Program-made: the position numbers and the translations under genes
Shown: positions 25,481 through 36,810 of the stretch, one piece after another
Layout of the letters: each line of letters begins with the position of its first letter
How positions within the stretch are numbered: the first letter of the stretch is position 1
Notes under the pieces: generated by a model
The model's input: the letters and a program-made list of their open reading frames with translations, nothing else
Databases searched by the model: none
Told to the model about the DNA's origin: nothing
DNA from: Glycera tridactyla
Taxonomy: Eukaryota
DNA length: 64,000 nucleotides
Reading direction: 5' to 3'
Assembly (NCBI GenBank): GCA_965644265.1
Contig: OZ286459.1
Location: 59,210,001 to 59,274,000 of the forward strand

Positions 25481-28400
25481 GTGGGTGGAATATTCATTTA
25501 AAGCTTGGTCGTAATATCACCCACATCCTTTCACCCTGTGACAAACATATTTGAATTGTAGCATATGGTTACGACTCTATTGAATGATGAACTTTAGGTC
25601 CGCAGTCTGAAGGAGTGTCATGGCGTTTTGGTTTAAGGAGTTTTTCCTCACCACTCGACGCAGTCATTAACAATGAACCTCCAATATATGGTGGAAACCG
25701 GGCAGTTTGGACGGTCTTCTGGAAAAAAAAGCTGACAGTTTAGGTCACTGGCGTCATTTTGGATGTATTTACACCTTGGTGAAAAGAGGCAAATGGCGTC
25801 ATTCCTGTCCAGAGAATATACCCGCTCAGATGTCTTCGGATATTGTAAGGTTGAAATGACGAGAAAACATTCTACACCCAGTCATATCTCCGAAGTGAAA
25901 TTCCTCTGCCACAAGCAGGACAAGACGCTTACCCTAAGTTGATTGGAAACAACTACACACTTTCAGCTTCCCCATCATCTCGTGCTAAGAGATGGTGGGA
26001 GTGATACCAGCAGGGGACAGAGTATCCAATTTTCATATACCAGGAGCACATGACATACCATACCCTTTTGGTTGGCACATGACGCTAAATTGTGACCTAT
26101 TACAACTCTCACGACTATACCCCCTCCCCTTCATAGTGCAGAATATGCTCAATTAACGAATAGAGTATACAGTCGAACATGGTCTAAAGACCACCTCTCT
26201 ATAAAGACCACCTGTCTATAAAGACCACCCTGAGCTGCGACCGTGATAGTATGTTCAATAGTAAATGACCTCTCTATAAAGACCACCTGCCTATAAAGAC
26301 CGCTTTTTGATGCGACCGAAGGCGGTCTNNNNNNNNNNNNNNNNNNNNNNNNNNNNNNNNNNNNNNNNNNNNNNNNNNNNNNNNNNNNNNNNNNNNNNNN
26401 NNNNNNNNNNNNNNNNNNNNNNNNNNNNNNNNNNNNNNNNNNNNNNNNNNNNNNNNNNNNNNNNNNNNNNNNNNNNNNNNNNNNNNNNNNNNNNNCCTTA
26501 GAAATCATTGACCTTGGGTTAGTCTTCTAGGCTCCAGGTTGGTCCACGCGAGCCCTCTTGTTTTAGAATTCCGACAATGGCAGCCGCTGAGATGCCGATT
26601 GATTTGACGTGTAAGCTGAGGCAAATGAAAACATTGAAAGACTTCATAGGATCTGCGGCATTATCTGAAACTGTGATTTAACCCCCCTCCCCCCCCCCCA
26701 CCCCCTCCTGTGCGAAGAGTGGTTTAGTTTATCTCTGATAGCTCAGCAGCCAGCTTGACCAGCAGCGCAAAACGCTAGGGTGGAGGATTCAAATAGGATC
26801 AGTGAGACCAGATTGGATCTCGGAAGTTTCGTTAATATTCTTGAACCGCATTTGATGGTCGATCCCTCGGTGCCGTTGAAAACCATCTGCATCTTCTTTT
26901 TTGCACCATGTGTGAAGATCAACCACATATGAGAATGCATCCACTCTTTCGCGATCTCCCGCAGTTTTGTGCCAAAAGCGGCTGGCTATTTGGTACTCCG
27001 AACACTATTTGGAGGTGCCAGTGACAATGCCAGAATATAAATTAAATTTGAATTCATCGATTCGCTGTGGATGATGATAATAATGAACATTATTATTGAC
27101 ATTATCATTACCAGTATCATGACCCCCAAACTGCTTCATTTCAGGTACTTCAATGACAACCCGGAGATGACTCATGTCTTTGGGTACACTGGAAAGCCCG
27201 AACTTTTGCGTCACAATGCTAAACTTCGGGAACACGGCAAGAAGATCGTTGACCAGGTGAGAGTTCATGTATTCTATATATACTGTGAAGCCTGTGACGA
27301 GATGGGATTCTCGTCGGAGGTATATTTCACTATCTCAACAGGATGTCTTTAGTCGTCGGTTCCACTGCGAAGGTGTGCTTCAAAACACTCCAAACCCGCC
27401 ACTCACCTAGTATACTCTCATCTGCATGCAGATGAAATATACGACAGATATACACTGCGTGCAGATATCTGCGAATGATAATATCAATATTTTTGGGAGA
27501 AGGATGACCCTCTCGATACATCAAGTGGGTGTGACCAAGTTTGAAGGACGCTCTACGATGATAATAATAATGATAATAATAACAATAATAATGATGATAG
27601 TAGTGGTGGTGGTGGTAGTAGTAGTAGTAGTGGTAGTAGTAGTTCGATAATCGTTTAGTGACGCATCAATCATTTCCTCTTACTGTATATGTGTCTTGAA
27701 AACCAAATATTGTCAGCACTCCGTTAAGATGTTCGGATTTCTCGAGCACTACTCGGGTGTGTGAAATATATCAAATTCATTCAGTGTGCTAATCTATGAA
27801 TTGCTTTTTGTGTCTCGGAAATCAGTAATGGGGGGGGGGGGCGGCTTTCAAGTTCGAAAATCATGCCCCAAATCATAATTACAGAGGTGTGAGATTCTGG
27901 AATATCTGAAGGAAGGTTCAGAAGGCCATCTCTGCTTCAACACTTATTTTAGACATTTTAGACTAACGTTGACTGTTGATAAACCAAGCGTTTGAGCCAG
28001 AATTTGACAATGATTGCTTGTTCGTCTTTTAGATTGGAAAGGCCGTAGCAGAATGCCATGATCAGGCGAAGATGAAGGCCACCCTTAGAGAGCTGGGCAA
28101 CCGCCACAAGGGATTCGGCCCCATCAAGGCCGAGCACTTCCCGGTTAGTATTTTACTCTGCAACAGTTCTGCATTGGTAAGCCATTCCGGGATTGACTGG
28201 ACAGTGCGGGGTTCATGGATACTCTGAGATGGGTTGGAACGCTCTTGTGCTAATCAACAAACGTGAAAACTAACCAAACATCCAACCAACCGTCTATATT
28301 ATCTGGGTATTGTTGGTGGGTGATTTTGGTGGTGGTGATGGTGGTGGTGGTGGTGGTGGTGGTGATGGTGGTTCTGATTGGTTTGGAGGGTTGTCAGCTC

Positions 28401-28828
28401 CCAAAGTGGTCGATTGTGACATGCATGGATAGGATTAACTGAAACGCCAACTTGCAGGAGGCGAAATGACATAAACCCATTGTGTCCAACAANNNNNNNN
28501 NNNNNNNNNNNNNNNNNNNNNNNNNNNNNNNNNNNNNNNNNNNNNNNNNNNNNNNNNNNNNNNNNNNNNNNNNNNNNNNNNNNNNNNNNNNNNNNNNNNN
28601 NNNNNNNNNNNNNNNNNNNNNNNNNNNNNNNNNNNNNNNNNGCGGTGGCGACGGCGGCTACGTCTCAAAACCATGGTTCGTACTATAATCCCTAATTTTG
28701 TTGTGCAGGCACTTGGGGATGCCTTCGTCGATGCCGTGAAGGCCAAGTGCAGGGGCGTGGACTCAACCACCTGGTATTTCGCCTACCGGGCAATCGCCGA
28801 CGCTATGGTCGAGGGCCTCAGGTCATAG
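25380..28828 (+). CDS. Single-domain intracellular globin, 147 aa, 4 exons / 3 introns (B12.2, E15.0, G7.0)
   Basis: Spliced protein MGLSEQQVAIVKNSWPEIISGDDGVQLGHDMFARYFNDNPEMTHVFGYTGKPELLRHNAKLREHGKKIVDQIGKAVAECHDQAKMKATLRELGNRHKGFGPIKAEHFPALGDAFVDAVKAKCRGVDSTTWYFAYRAIADAMVEGLRS. Globin landmarks: Trp A12, Phe B10, Pro C2, Phe CD1, His E7, Ile E11, His F8, Phe G5, Trp in helix H. All introns GT-AG. No signal peptide. AATAAA at 29013-29018. Confidence 0.95.
26170..26328. mobile_element. MITE copy (CAGTCGAAC family) in globin intron 1, right end lost in an N block
   Basis: TA-CAGTCGAAC start; interior is the reverse orientation of the 17749 copy. Confidence 0.8.
27145..27256 (+). CDS. Globin exon 2
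   Basis: Acceptor gcttcatttcag, 112 nt, ends ...HGKKIVDQ|GTGAGA (phase 0, before E15). Confidence 0.93.
28033..28143 (+). CDS. Globin exon 3
   Basis: Acceptor ttcgtcttttag, 111 nt IGKAV...LGNRH...EHFP, donor GTTAGT (phase 0, G7.0). Confidence 0.93.
28709..28828 (+). CDS. Globin exon 4
   Basis: Acceptor aattttgttgtgcag, ALGDAF...EGLRS, TAG at 28826-28828. Confidence 0.93.
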   Translation, partial: ALGDAFVDAVKAKCRGVDSTTWYFAYRAIADAMVEGLRS

Positions 28829-29408
28829 GATGGGACTATAGCCCGGATGCCAGCCAGGCACGCCACCTGTCGGACTTCAGGAGCATCTACATCGCTTGTT
28901 TCAAGATGTTTGAATTTCTGCACGTTTCTCCTCGAACTACCTCAGATGAACAGTGAGCCGACAGTCCTATTCGCTCCGATTTCTTGTTGATGATTGTGTC
29001 ATGTACTTCGATAATAAAAATATACAGTATAGTTTGTATCGGAGTAGTTTTGCACTGAGCATACTCGGTTGAAGAACGTGCCAAATTCATGCTTTGAACA
29101 CGAACCACAAATNNNNNNNNNNNNNNNNNNNNNNNNNNNNNNNNNNNNNNNNNNNNNNNNNNNNNNNNNNNNNNNNNNNNNNNNNNNNNNNNNNNNNNNN
29201 NNNNNNNNNNNNNNNNNNNNNNNNNNNNNNNNNNNNNNNNNNNNNNNNNNNNNNNNNNNNNNNNNNNTTACTTATATACAATGATGGGGTAACATGGACT
29301 TGGACAAAGATGGCCAGTTGCTCTGCATGCTGAACAACCCTGAGAACAAGTACCAACACTGTCTTGGTACAGGGGTGATGATCTGGGGATTATCTCATAT
29401 TACATATA

Positions 29409-29569
29409 CAGTCGAACCTCTCTATAAAGACCGCCTGCGGTCGAATCAGAAAGTGGCCTTTATAGGGAGGTGGTTTTCATAGAGATGTAATTTACTGTTG
29501 AAAATACTATAACGGTCGCAGCTTATGGTGGTCATTATAGGGAGGTGGTCTTTAGAGGAGGTTCGACTG
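29409..29569. mobile_element. 161-bp MITE (CAGTCGAAC family)
   Basis: TA-CAGTCGAACCT...AGGTTCGACTG-TA. Confidence 0.88.
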
Positions 29570-31600
29570 TANNNNNNNNNNNNNNNNNNNNNNNNNNNNN
29601 NNNNNNNNNNNNNNNNNNNNNNNNNNNNNNNNNNNNNNNNNNNNNNNNNNNNNNNNNNNNNNNNNNNNNNNNNNNNNNNNNNNNNNNNNNNNNNNNNNNN
29701 NNNNNNNNNNNNNNNNNNNNNNNNNNNNNNNNNNNNNNNNNNNNNNNNNNNNNNNNNNNNNNNNNNNTGCTGTGTGGTCCTGCAGGCCAGCCTTTCAGAG
29801 TCAACCCATGATACGCATAGAACCCTGAAATTGTCTTCCCTCAATGACAGACGAGATGACCATCGCTATTTACCGCTATTTACCCCTTAAAGACAATCGC
29901 TACGGTTCACTACTGACGTTCAGAATCCTCAGACATTTCACAGATAGCTCGGCACTGATACATTCTCAAGATGAATGTCGAGACAAGAAGGACTCACAGA
30001 TGAAACCAGGCCAGCAGGGCATGCCCACTGGCGGCATGAAAGTGCCATTTCCGGGTTTTGGCAGTGATAAATAAACAATATCTTGGGTATATCATTCACT
30101 ATTAGGACACAGGGATGGATAAACCATGCTTGGCAGGAAACTAGGGATAGGTGGTCATATAGATGAACATAACAAATAAATAATATGAGATGTTAACCCC
30201 TCTGATTACCATGTTTATTTTCCTGGGAACAACAGGCAAATTTAGATTTTTCCACACAGAAGAAATTCTGACCTTCAAAATAGCACAGAATTCACCTATT
30301 ATGTGCACAATTATCCCACGAATCAAAGGAAATGAAGATTATGTGGGGCCAAGGACCAGACTTTTCCATGACAGCCATATTTTTGAACCACATTCTACCA
30401 CAAATGATGGTTCTCATGAGGACTAAGTGGTCAAAGTGGTATATTCCTCTAGTACACATAATTTCCAGTCACAAACAAGAACATCCCATAATATCTAATT
30501 ATTATTATAAACATATCCACCTATTCAACCACTCACATCACATGATTATGCAAATTTAACCATTTGCCATACAGAGGTAAATTCTGAAAAAAAGACTCCT
30601 CCGCTTCATGAAACCAAGCCCTAGCTGCATGGCAAAAATGCTAGCCACCACATATATCAACAGGAATAAAATTTGTACTACTCAAAATCACATGGATAAG
30701 TAGCCAAAAAGACAGANNNNNNNNNNNNNNNNNNNNNNNNNNNNNNNNNNNNNNNNNNNNNNNNNNNNNNNNNNNNNNNNNNNNNNNNNNNNNNNNNNNN
30801 NNNNNNNNNNNNNNNNNNNNNNNNNNNNNNNNNNNNNNNNNNNNNNNNNNNNNNNNNNNNNNNNNNNNNNNNNNNNNNNNNNNNNNNNNNNNNNNNNNNN
30901 NNNNNNNNNNNNNNNNNNNNNNNNNNNNNNNNNNNNNNNNNNNNNNNNNNNNNNNNNNNNNNNNNNNNNNNNNNNNNNNNNNNNNNNNNNNNNNNNTGTT
31001 CATGATGANNNNNNNNNNNNNNNNNNNNNNNNNNNNNNNNNNNNNNNNNNNNNNNNNNNNNNNNNNNNNNNNNNNNNNNNNNNNNNNNNNNNNNNNNNNN
31101 NNNNNNNNNNNNNNNNNNNNNNNNNNNNNNNNNNNNNNNNNNNNNNNNNNNNNNNNNNNNNNNNNNNNNNNNNNNNNNNNNNNNNNNNNNNNNNNNNNNN
31201 NNNNNNNNNNNNNNNNNNNNNNNNNNNNNNNNNNNNNNNNNNNNNNNNNNNNNNNNNNNNNNNNNNNNNNNNNNNNNNNNNNNNNNNNNNNNNNNNNNAC
31301 CCAGATTATGCAATCGAATTCATAACTGAGGATATGATTGATTTTCATTACTGTTATGCACACATTTTAGTTTGGTGGTGAGAGTGTCAGTATGACATGC
31401 ATTGCACATGTAGGTGGTTGTCTGGGTAGTTGTGGAGGCAGCGAGTGGTCTGGGAGGGGTGAGATGACCAATCCACTCCAAACTCCGACGGAAAAACCTG
31501 TTACCCACGTGTTTACATAGCTGTCTCAGCTATCACAGATCGGTCCCTTCTTGAAACTGCAGAGCTGCCACCACACCACGTACTTGTGGGTATTGAGAGA

Positions 31601-31672
<72 letters not shown>

Positions 31673-31966
31673 CACTTTGGGATTCCCACTCAATCTAGAC
31701 ATTACTATCGCCCATTTTACGGGCTGATTCGCCATGATTTGACAATGTTTCTCACACATGTTCAGTGGGCTACCATTTTTAAACGATCACTATTGAATCA
31801 TCAGAATTGTAACGAAACTGCTTGAAAAAGGTGTGAAATGTGTGAGAAACAGTAATTTCCGCGTGAAACATAGCTACATCCGGATATAGTAGACTACTGA
31901 CCGTGTGAGAACGTTTGATACGAAAAAAATCTTCTCAGAAGCGACACATGTCGGGGAAACCCCTCC

Positions 31967-33098
31967 GAATACAGAATACAGAATACAGAAATCTTTATTG
32001 TCAGCCGTAATCAAACACATGACCATAGGTACTATTGGACAATAAAGCTACATCTACACAAATAACGACAGTAATCCGGATGGACAATTAAACACAATCT
32101 AAAATCACACATACACCTCAAAACATCTGTCAAGCTGCTGACATGGCTGTGCCCACACCAATGTCTGCTTGTTTCACTCGACAGCCCTTCCGTTTCATCT
32201 CAAATGCCTTGTACATGAACAAAGCGGCTGACCTCGCCAGGAGGCCCTCCGCACACAAAATATAGATAAACTTGTCGCACATGCTGAGTTGGCCAAAGTT
32301 AGGGCATGCATGCAGGAAATCTTCTAGCATCCGCTGCCTAGGAGTTTCAAAACTCTCACACTCCATCAGAAAATGGTACTCATCCCCCACAGCCTCCTTG
32401 GCAGTCCCTGAACATGTACTGCACAACCTCGCCTCCCTAGGCACCACTGGTCTGGCATACCTGCCCCGCTCAATTTCTAGGGAATGGGCACTGATTCTTA
32501 GAGCCGTAAAAGCCCTTCTGTGATTATTTTCAAAGATATCTTTGAGATAACCTTCTGGCATAAAGCAAACCTTGAGTTGCTTGTACAGGGTCAACTTGCC
32601 CTTACCATCCTCCCCAGTACTGTCAAGGCAGGATCGCCAGAATCTGTCATAACTTTTGCGAAGAATGTCCATAACCTCACAGATTTCTGTTTTTGAGGGT
32701 GGGCATCCCTTCCACTCAATACCAAAAAGCTCAAACAACTTCCGCAACATTCCAAAAAAACTACGACCGTCACGAATCGACTTGGCCTCCTGAACTGCAG
32801 CCAACAAGAGTGAATTTTTATAACTCGGGTCCTCTAAATGCGACCAGTACCTAAGCATGGCAACTGTCACAGATAGGAAAAGTGGGTATCTACCCAATTC
32901 CCCACGTACAGCAACATTTGTTGCTTTCATGTTAACACCAAGGACATTTTTGCAGAATTTCAAATGGAGCTTTTCCATAGGGAGATTTTCCACTTTATTC
33001 CAGAATTGCTCGATGGTACAACCCCTCTGCAGCATGTTGCCCAACAAACAGCCTTGCATTTCAGCACCATAGCACAGTATTGGTTGCACCATCGAATC
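31967..33098 (-). mobile_element. 5'-truncated non-LTR retrotransposon 3' end (post-RT region plus C-terminal Cys/His finger; L2/CR1/RTEX-type)
   Basis: Uninterrupted ORF 32130-33092 with LCYGAE, EKLHLKFCKNVLGV, AVRGELGRYPL, LRISAHSLEIERGRY and RLC..C...DEYHFLMEC. 3' end is AATAAA (31994-31999 on -) followed by a (TTCTGTA)3 tail. No clear TSD; the clade needs a phylogeny. Confidence 0.88.
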
Positions 33099-33389
33099 AT
33101 CCGTGACATCATAACAGCGTATGCAAATGAGCCGAGCACTAGCCGAGCACTAGCTGAACGATCCCGAACACTAGCTGAGCATTGCCGAATCGACTGTTTA
33201 CGATTTCTTGGGCGGTTGGGGTCATCTCTGAAAGTTTCGATAGCAATCGATAGTTCACTGTTCCTTGCGAGTATACGACAGACTCACAGTTGGTGGAGAC
33301 GGAATAGCATGTGAAATTTGACGAGTGTGTGGCGAGTGACGCATCGACGGGCAGATATATACCTGCAAAAAAATCGGCGAATTTGCGTT

Positions 33390-33472
33390 GCCCCGGTGGC
33401 TCAGTCGGTAGGGTGCTCGCCTTGTGTATAGCCCATCTCGGGTTCGAATCCTAATGCTGTCGCTGATTTTTT
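33390..33472 (+). ncRNA. tRNA-like Pol III unit (A-box, B-box, T6 run); not a canonical tRNA
   Basis: A-box TGGCTCAGTCGG (33397), B-box GGTTCGAATCC (33441-33451), TTTTTT at 33467-33472. Acceptor and anticodon stems do not pair, so this is a pseudo-tRNA, SINE head or other Pol III RNA. Confidence 0.5.
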
Positions 33473-36400
33473 GGTGTTTTTGACTCATTTTGAAGTGTTT
33501 TATGTTGATTAATGGGAAAGGTATCTTTATTTGTCATATATATGCCCTGCAGGTTGTATTTATTGAGAAAAACATCTGTTTTGCGATGCAAATGATCTCC
33601 GAGCCGGTGGCGATGTTTAGTCCACATTCTGTCCACCATAGTCGCGTAGTGTAGTAAATGGCACCACTAGTCTTCCGTTCCCGGTTTTTACCTCATTAAC
33701 ATAATTTATTACAGGCGCTGAAAGACTAGAAGTTCCAACGATCACGTAATCGAGATGCTGCGGAGGCCGATCATGTAGGGTGCTCGACTTTCATACCAGC
33801 TAGGTCACTGTTTTATGCATTTTCCCCTCTAAACTTACCACCTCTCCGCTGTAAATCGACGACCATTCTTCTTTTTGAAGAAATTTCTTGTTCATTATTA
33901 TATGTGTAATTATCTGAGTGTATATAATATGTGAGTATCTTGGCTTTTGAATTATTGTATTACGTTCTGTATCGTGTATTTGGAATGGGAATGAGGAAAA
34001 CTCCTCATCTCTGAAATAAANNNNNNNNNNNNNNNNNNNNNNNNNNNNNNNNNNNNNNNNNNNNNNNNNNNNNNNNNNNNNNNNNNNNNNNNNNNNNNNN
34101 NNNNNNNNNNNNNNNNNNNNNNNNNNNNNNNNNNNNNNNNNNNNNNNNNNNNNNNNNNNNNNNNNNNNNNNNNNNNNNNNNNNNNNNNNNNNNNNNNNNN
34201 NNNNNGCCTGAGTGGGGACATTTGTCCCATCTACTTTCAGAATTGAGGACAACACCACTGTAATAGAGGACACTGACTTCGGATGCCTATGATTAATAGC
34301 ATATACCACAGCAGCATTTTCTCATTAAATAAATGCATTGAAGGTCATATCTGGGAACTCAATCTAGAGAAGGGAATAGCAGAAATATAAGGTGTTATGA
34401 AACAGGGCCAATGCTATGAGTACTCGGGGGCCTTTACCGAGGTCCAGAGTCAACATCCCACTAGCCTGGCTGGGTGTCTCGATTGTGCGCACCAGTAGAT
34501 ACATGAGGGGTCATTTGATGCAGGGGCACATCTCAGAGGAAACACTGTACCTACCTGGATTATCTGATACACTGAATCAAGTGTTCTCCCTATCTCTCTG
34601 ATGGTGTCCCCCTAACACCATATTGCTAGTGTTGGGTTACCCACAGGGCTGAAGTTATTATTGAAAACAAGCAACACTGACGATAGTGTCCAGTCAACAC
34701 CTATCCCGTTTTCATTGCACAACTAGGCCTGTAGGCCCCAAAGGAATGGCAGCAATACCACAGCATGACTTCTGTCTTTGGAATATAAGAGTAGCAGAGG
34801 TGTGTCAGGTGGGCACACTGCCATCGACCTTCAATATGATTGTTGAGGGGAAATATCCTTTAGAAATTGTTCGTTTCAAACAAGAACGAAATGACATGAA
34901 AAATAAGACCAAATGTAATACACCTAACGGCAGCCGTTGATGTTGAGAAAGCCTTATTTATGGAACTAGAATCACCATGCTGACATCCTCATGGCTACCC
35001 GACAGGGAAGAGGGAAGTGCCAACCGCCCGTATGGTAGTGATGTCTATAGATAGACAAGCATTTTTCAACTGAAGAATATTTATCTATGATGGGATAATA
35101 ATGACGGAGGCATAAATATGATGACTATACAATATTTATCAAATATTCATATTCCCCGAAAGGAGCTATATCTATAGCTAAACGAAATTTCATTAAATGT
35201 GCGTATTCACACATATTAAGTCGGGCATAAATTTACAGCACAAATATCCAAATGTTCAGCATGCAAAAAAAAGCATGAATAGTGGTACATGCACTTTGTA
35301 TTGTTCATTAGGAGAGGTAATTGACCACCAGCGAAATTTATTGTATATGGGCCAGGTTGAATTTCAGAGTCACGTGTGTTAACATCACCCATGCATCCAA
35401 ACTTTAACTGGGGACGAATGCTACGACGTGTTTTCTGTGGCAAGCTATTAGCAAAGAAAATTAATTTTTGCCTATGTTGGCTAAGAGTCAAGAATATTTT
35501 CGGGAATGCCACTGAATTGAAATGCAACTGATGAGTCAGTGGTGGACAAGGTGACTGCCATGCGCATGGTGCCATACACAATTGTTTCTGTTGTGATTGT
35601 TGGGCATATTATCACCCGATCAGCAGAAACTCCCGATTTTTCTTACATACATCAAAAACTGATTTGTGATTGTTTTTGATCTTGAAGAAGAACATTCATA
35701 CAAGTAGGACTTGTCGATATATGTGGTTCTGTGTATGATTCTCATTTTGATTGATGAATTAAGTAGCTGTGGTTACTGGTTGCTCCAGAAAATATGTTTA
35801 GACTGTTCTGGCTGGCAGGGTCAAAATATTTTTAAGGATGGTTTTCTGCAATGAAGGCACACAAAACAGACAAAAGTAGTCAGCATTGCGGTGCTTCAGC
35901 AAAGCTTGGATTTCCACAATCCAAGAAGATTGTCCTATTTCAAAATAAACTCAAAACATCAACCAGACTGTGGAAATTCCCTGATTTTTGGGAAGAGCCA
36001 AAAATAACTTTTGCTGAATCTCATATCGAAGATGATATTTCATACTGACAGAATGTATCCATGTGTTTGGTGCTATGATCATTCTTCAAATTGCTTCATG
36101 AATGAAGTTTCCGTGATTTCTGCTTGCAACGATATTGCTAAATAACTGAATTTCACCTATTCTATGGGACAAGGTGTGAAAATGACCAAAATGTCCAAAC
36201 ATGCTCATTTGACATAAGAAGCACTTTTTGGACATGCACGAAATGTCACAAAATTATTCGGTGTCATATTTCACTATGATTTTATAGAATATACTGGGCT
36301 AAGAAAATACATGCCTAGAAGTGATAGGTTGCCCAGAAATTGTATTTGAAAATGGGACTTTGGCAAAGAAATTCTACTCAGGATGACTGCATCAACCAGT

Positions 36401-36589
36401 TCACAGGGAAACCCAAATATTGGATTCAAAGAATTTCAATATCTTGAGATCTACTGATCCGATTTAGTTCATCTTTTCAATTATTTCTTAGTTGGGGGGA
36501 GGTCTCCACAACGCACTCATAAAATCAGCTAGTTAAACAAGATGATTTTTTTTTTGGCCAGGACAGACTAACTTCGTGGACGCAATCAA

Positions 36590-36680
36590 ACATCTCGCGC
36601 GAATTTCGCGCCCTCTGGTGGCGCTGTTCAGAAACTCGGTTCACGGACCGAAACATTTCTGTGGATTGGCCGGCGCGGCT
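36590..36680. promoter_or_regulatory. CpG-rich TADA2A promoter with E2F-like, CTCF-like and inverted CCAAT motifs
   Basis: TTTCGCGC 36604-36611; reverse-strand CCACCAGAGGGCGC within 36608-36624; GATTGG 36664-36669. Local CpG enrichment against CpG-poor flanks. Confidence 0.55.
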
Positions 36681-36810
36681 GTCAGCTGGTGAGCCAGCCC
36701 AAACATCGCTCGCTTCTGTAGCAGAACTCATGAACCGAGTTTGTGAGGATTGATGCGCTCGTTGCTTGCAATCAGTCGAGCTAGTGCCTGCGTTCGACTG
36801 TCATCATTGA

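Noticed and set aside
26789-27004. 71-codon ATG-less minus-strand open frame in globin intron 1 (CSEYQIASRFWHK...TDPI*) with a plausible acceptor
   Set aside because: No recognisable homology, and frames of this length are expected by chance several times in 64 kb.
33390-33462. Functional tRNA-Thr(TGT) or tRNA-Sec
   Set aside because: Acceptor and anticodon stems do not base-pair, and the sequence does not resemble tRNA-Sec. It is kept only as a tRNA-like Pol III candidate.
33835-33860. Apparent 10-nt minus-strand microexon (tttacag|CGGAGAGGTG|GTAAGT)
   Set aside because: The same sequence recurs at ~49090-49140 on the + strand, so it belongs to a dispersed repeat.
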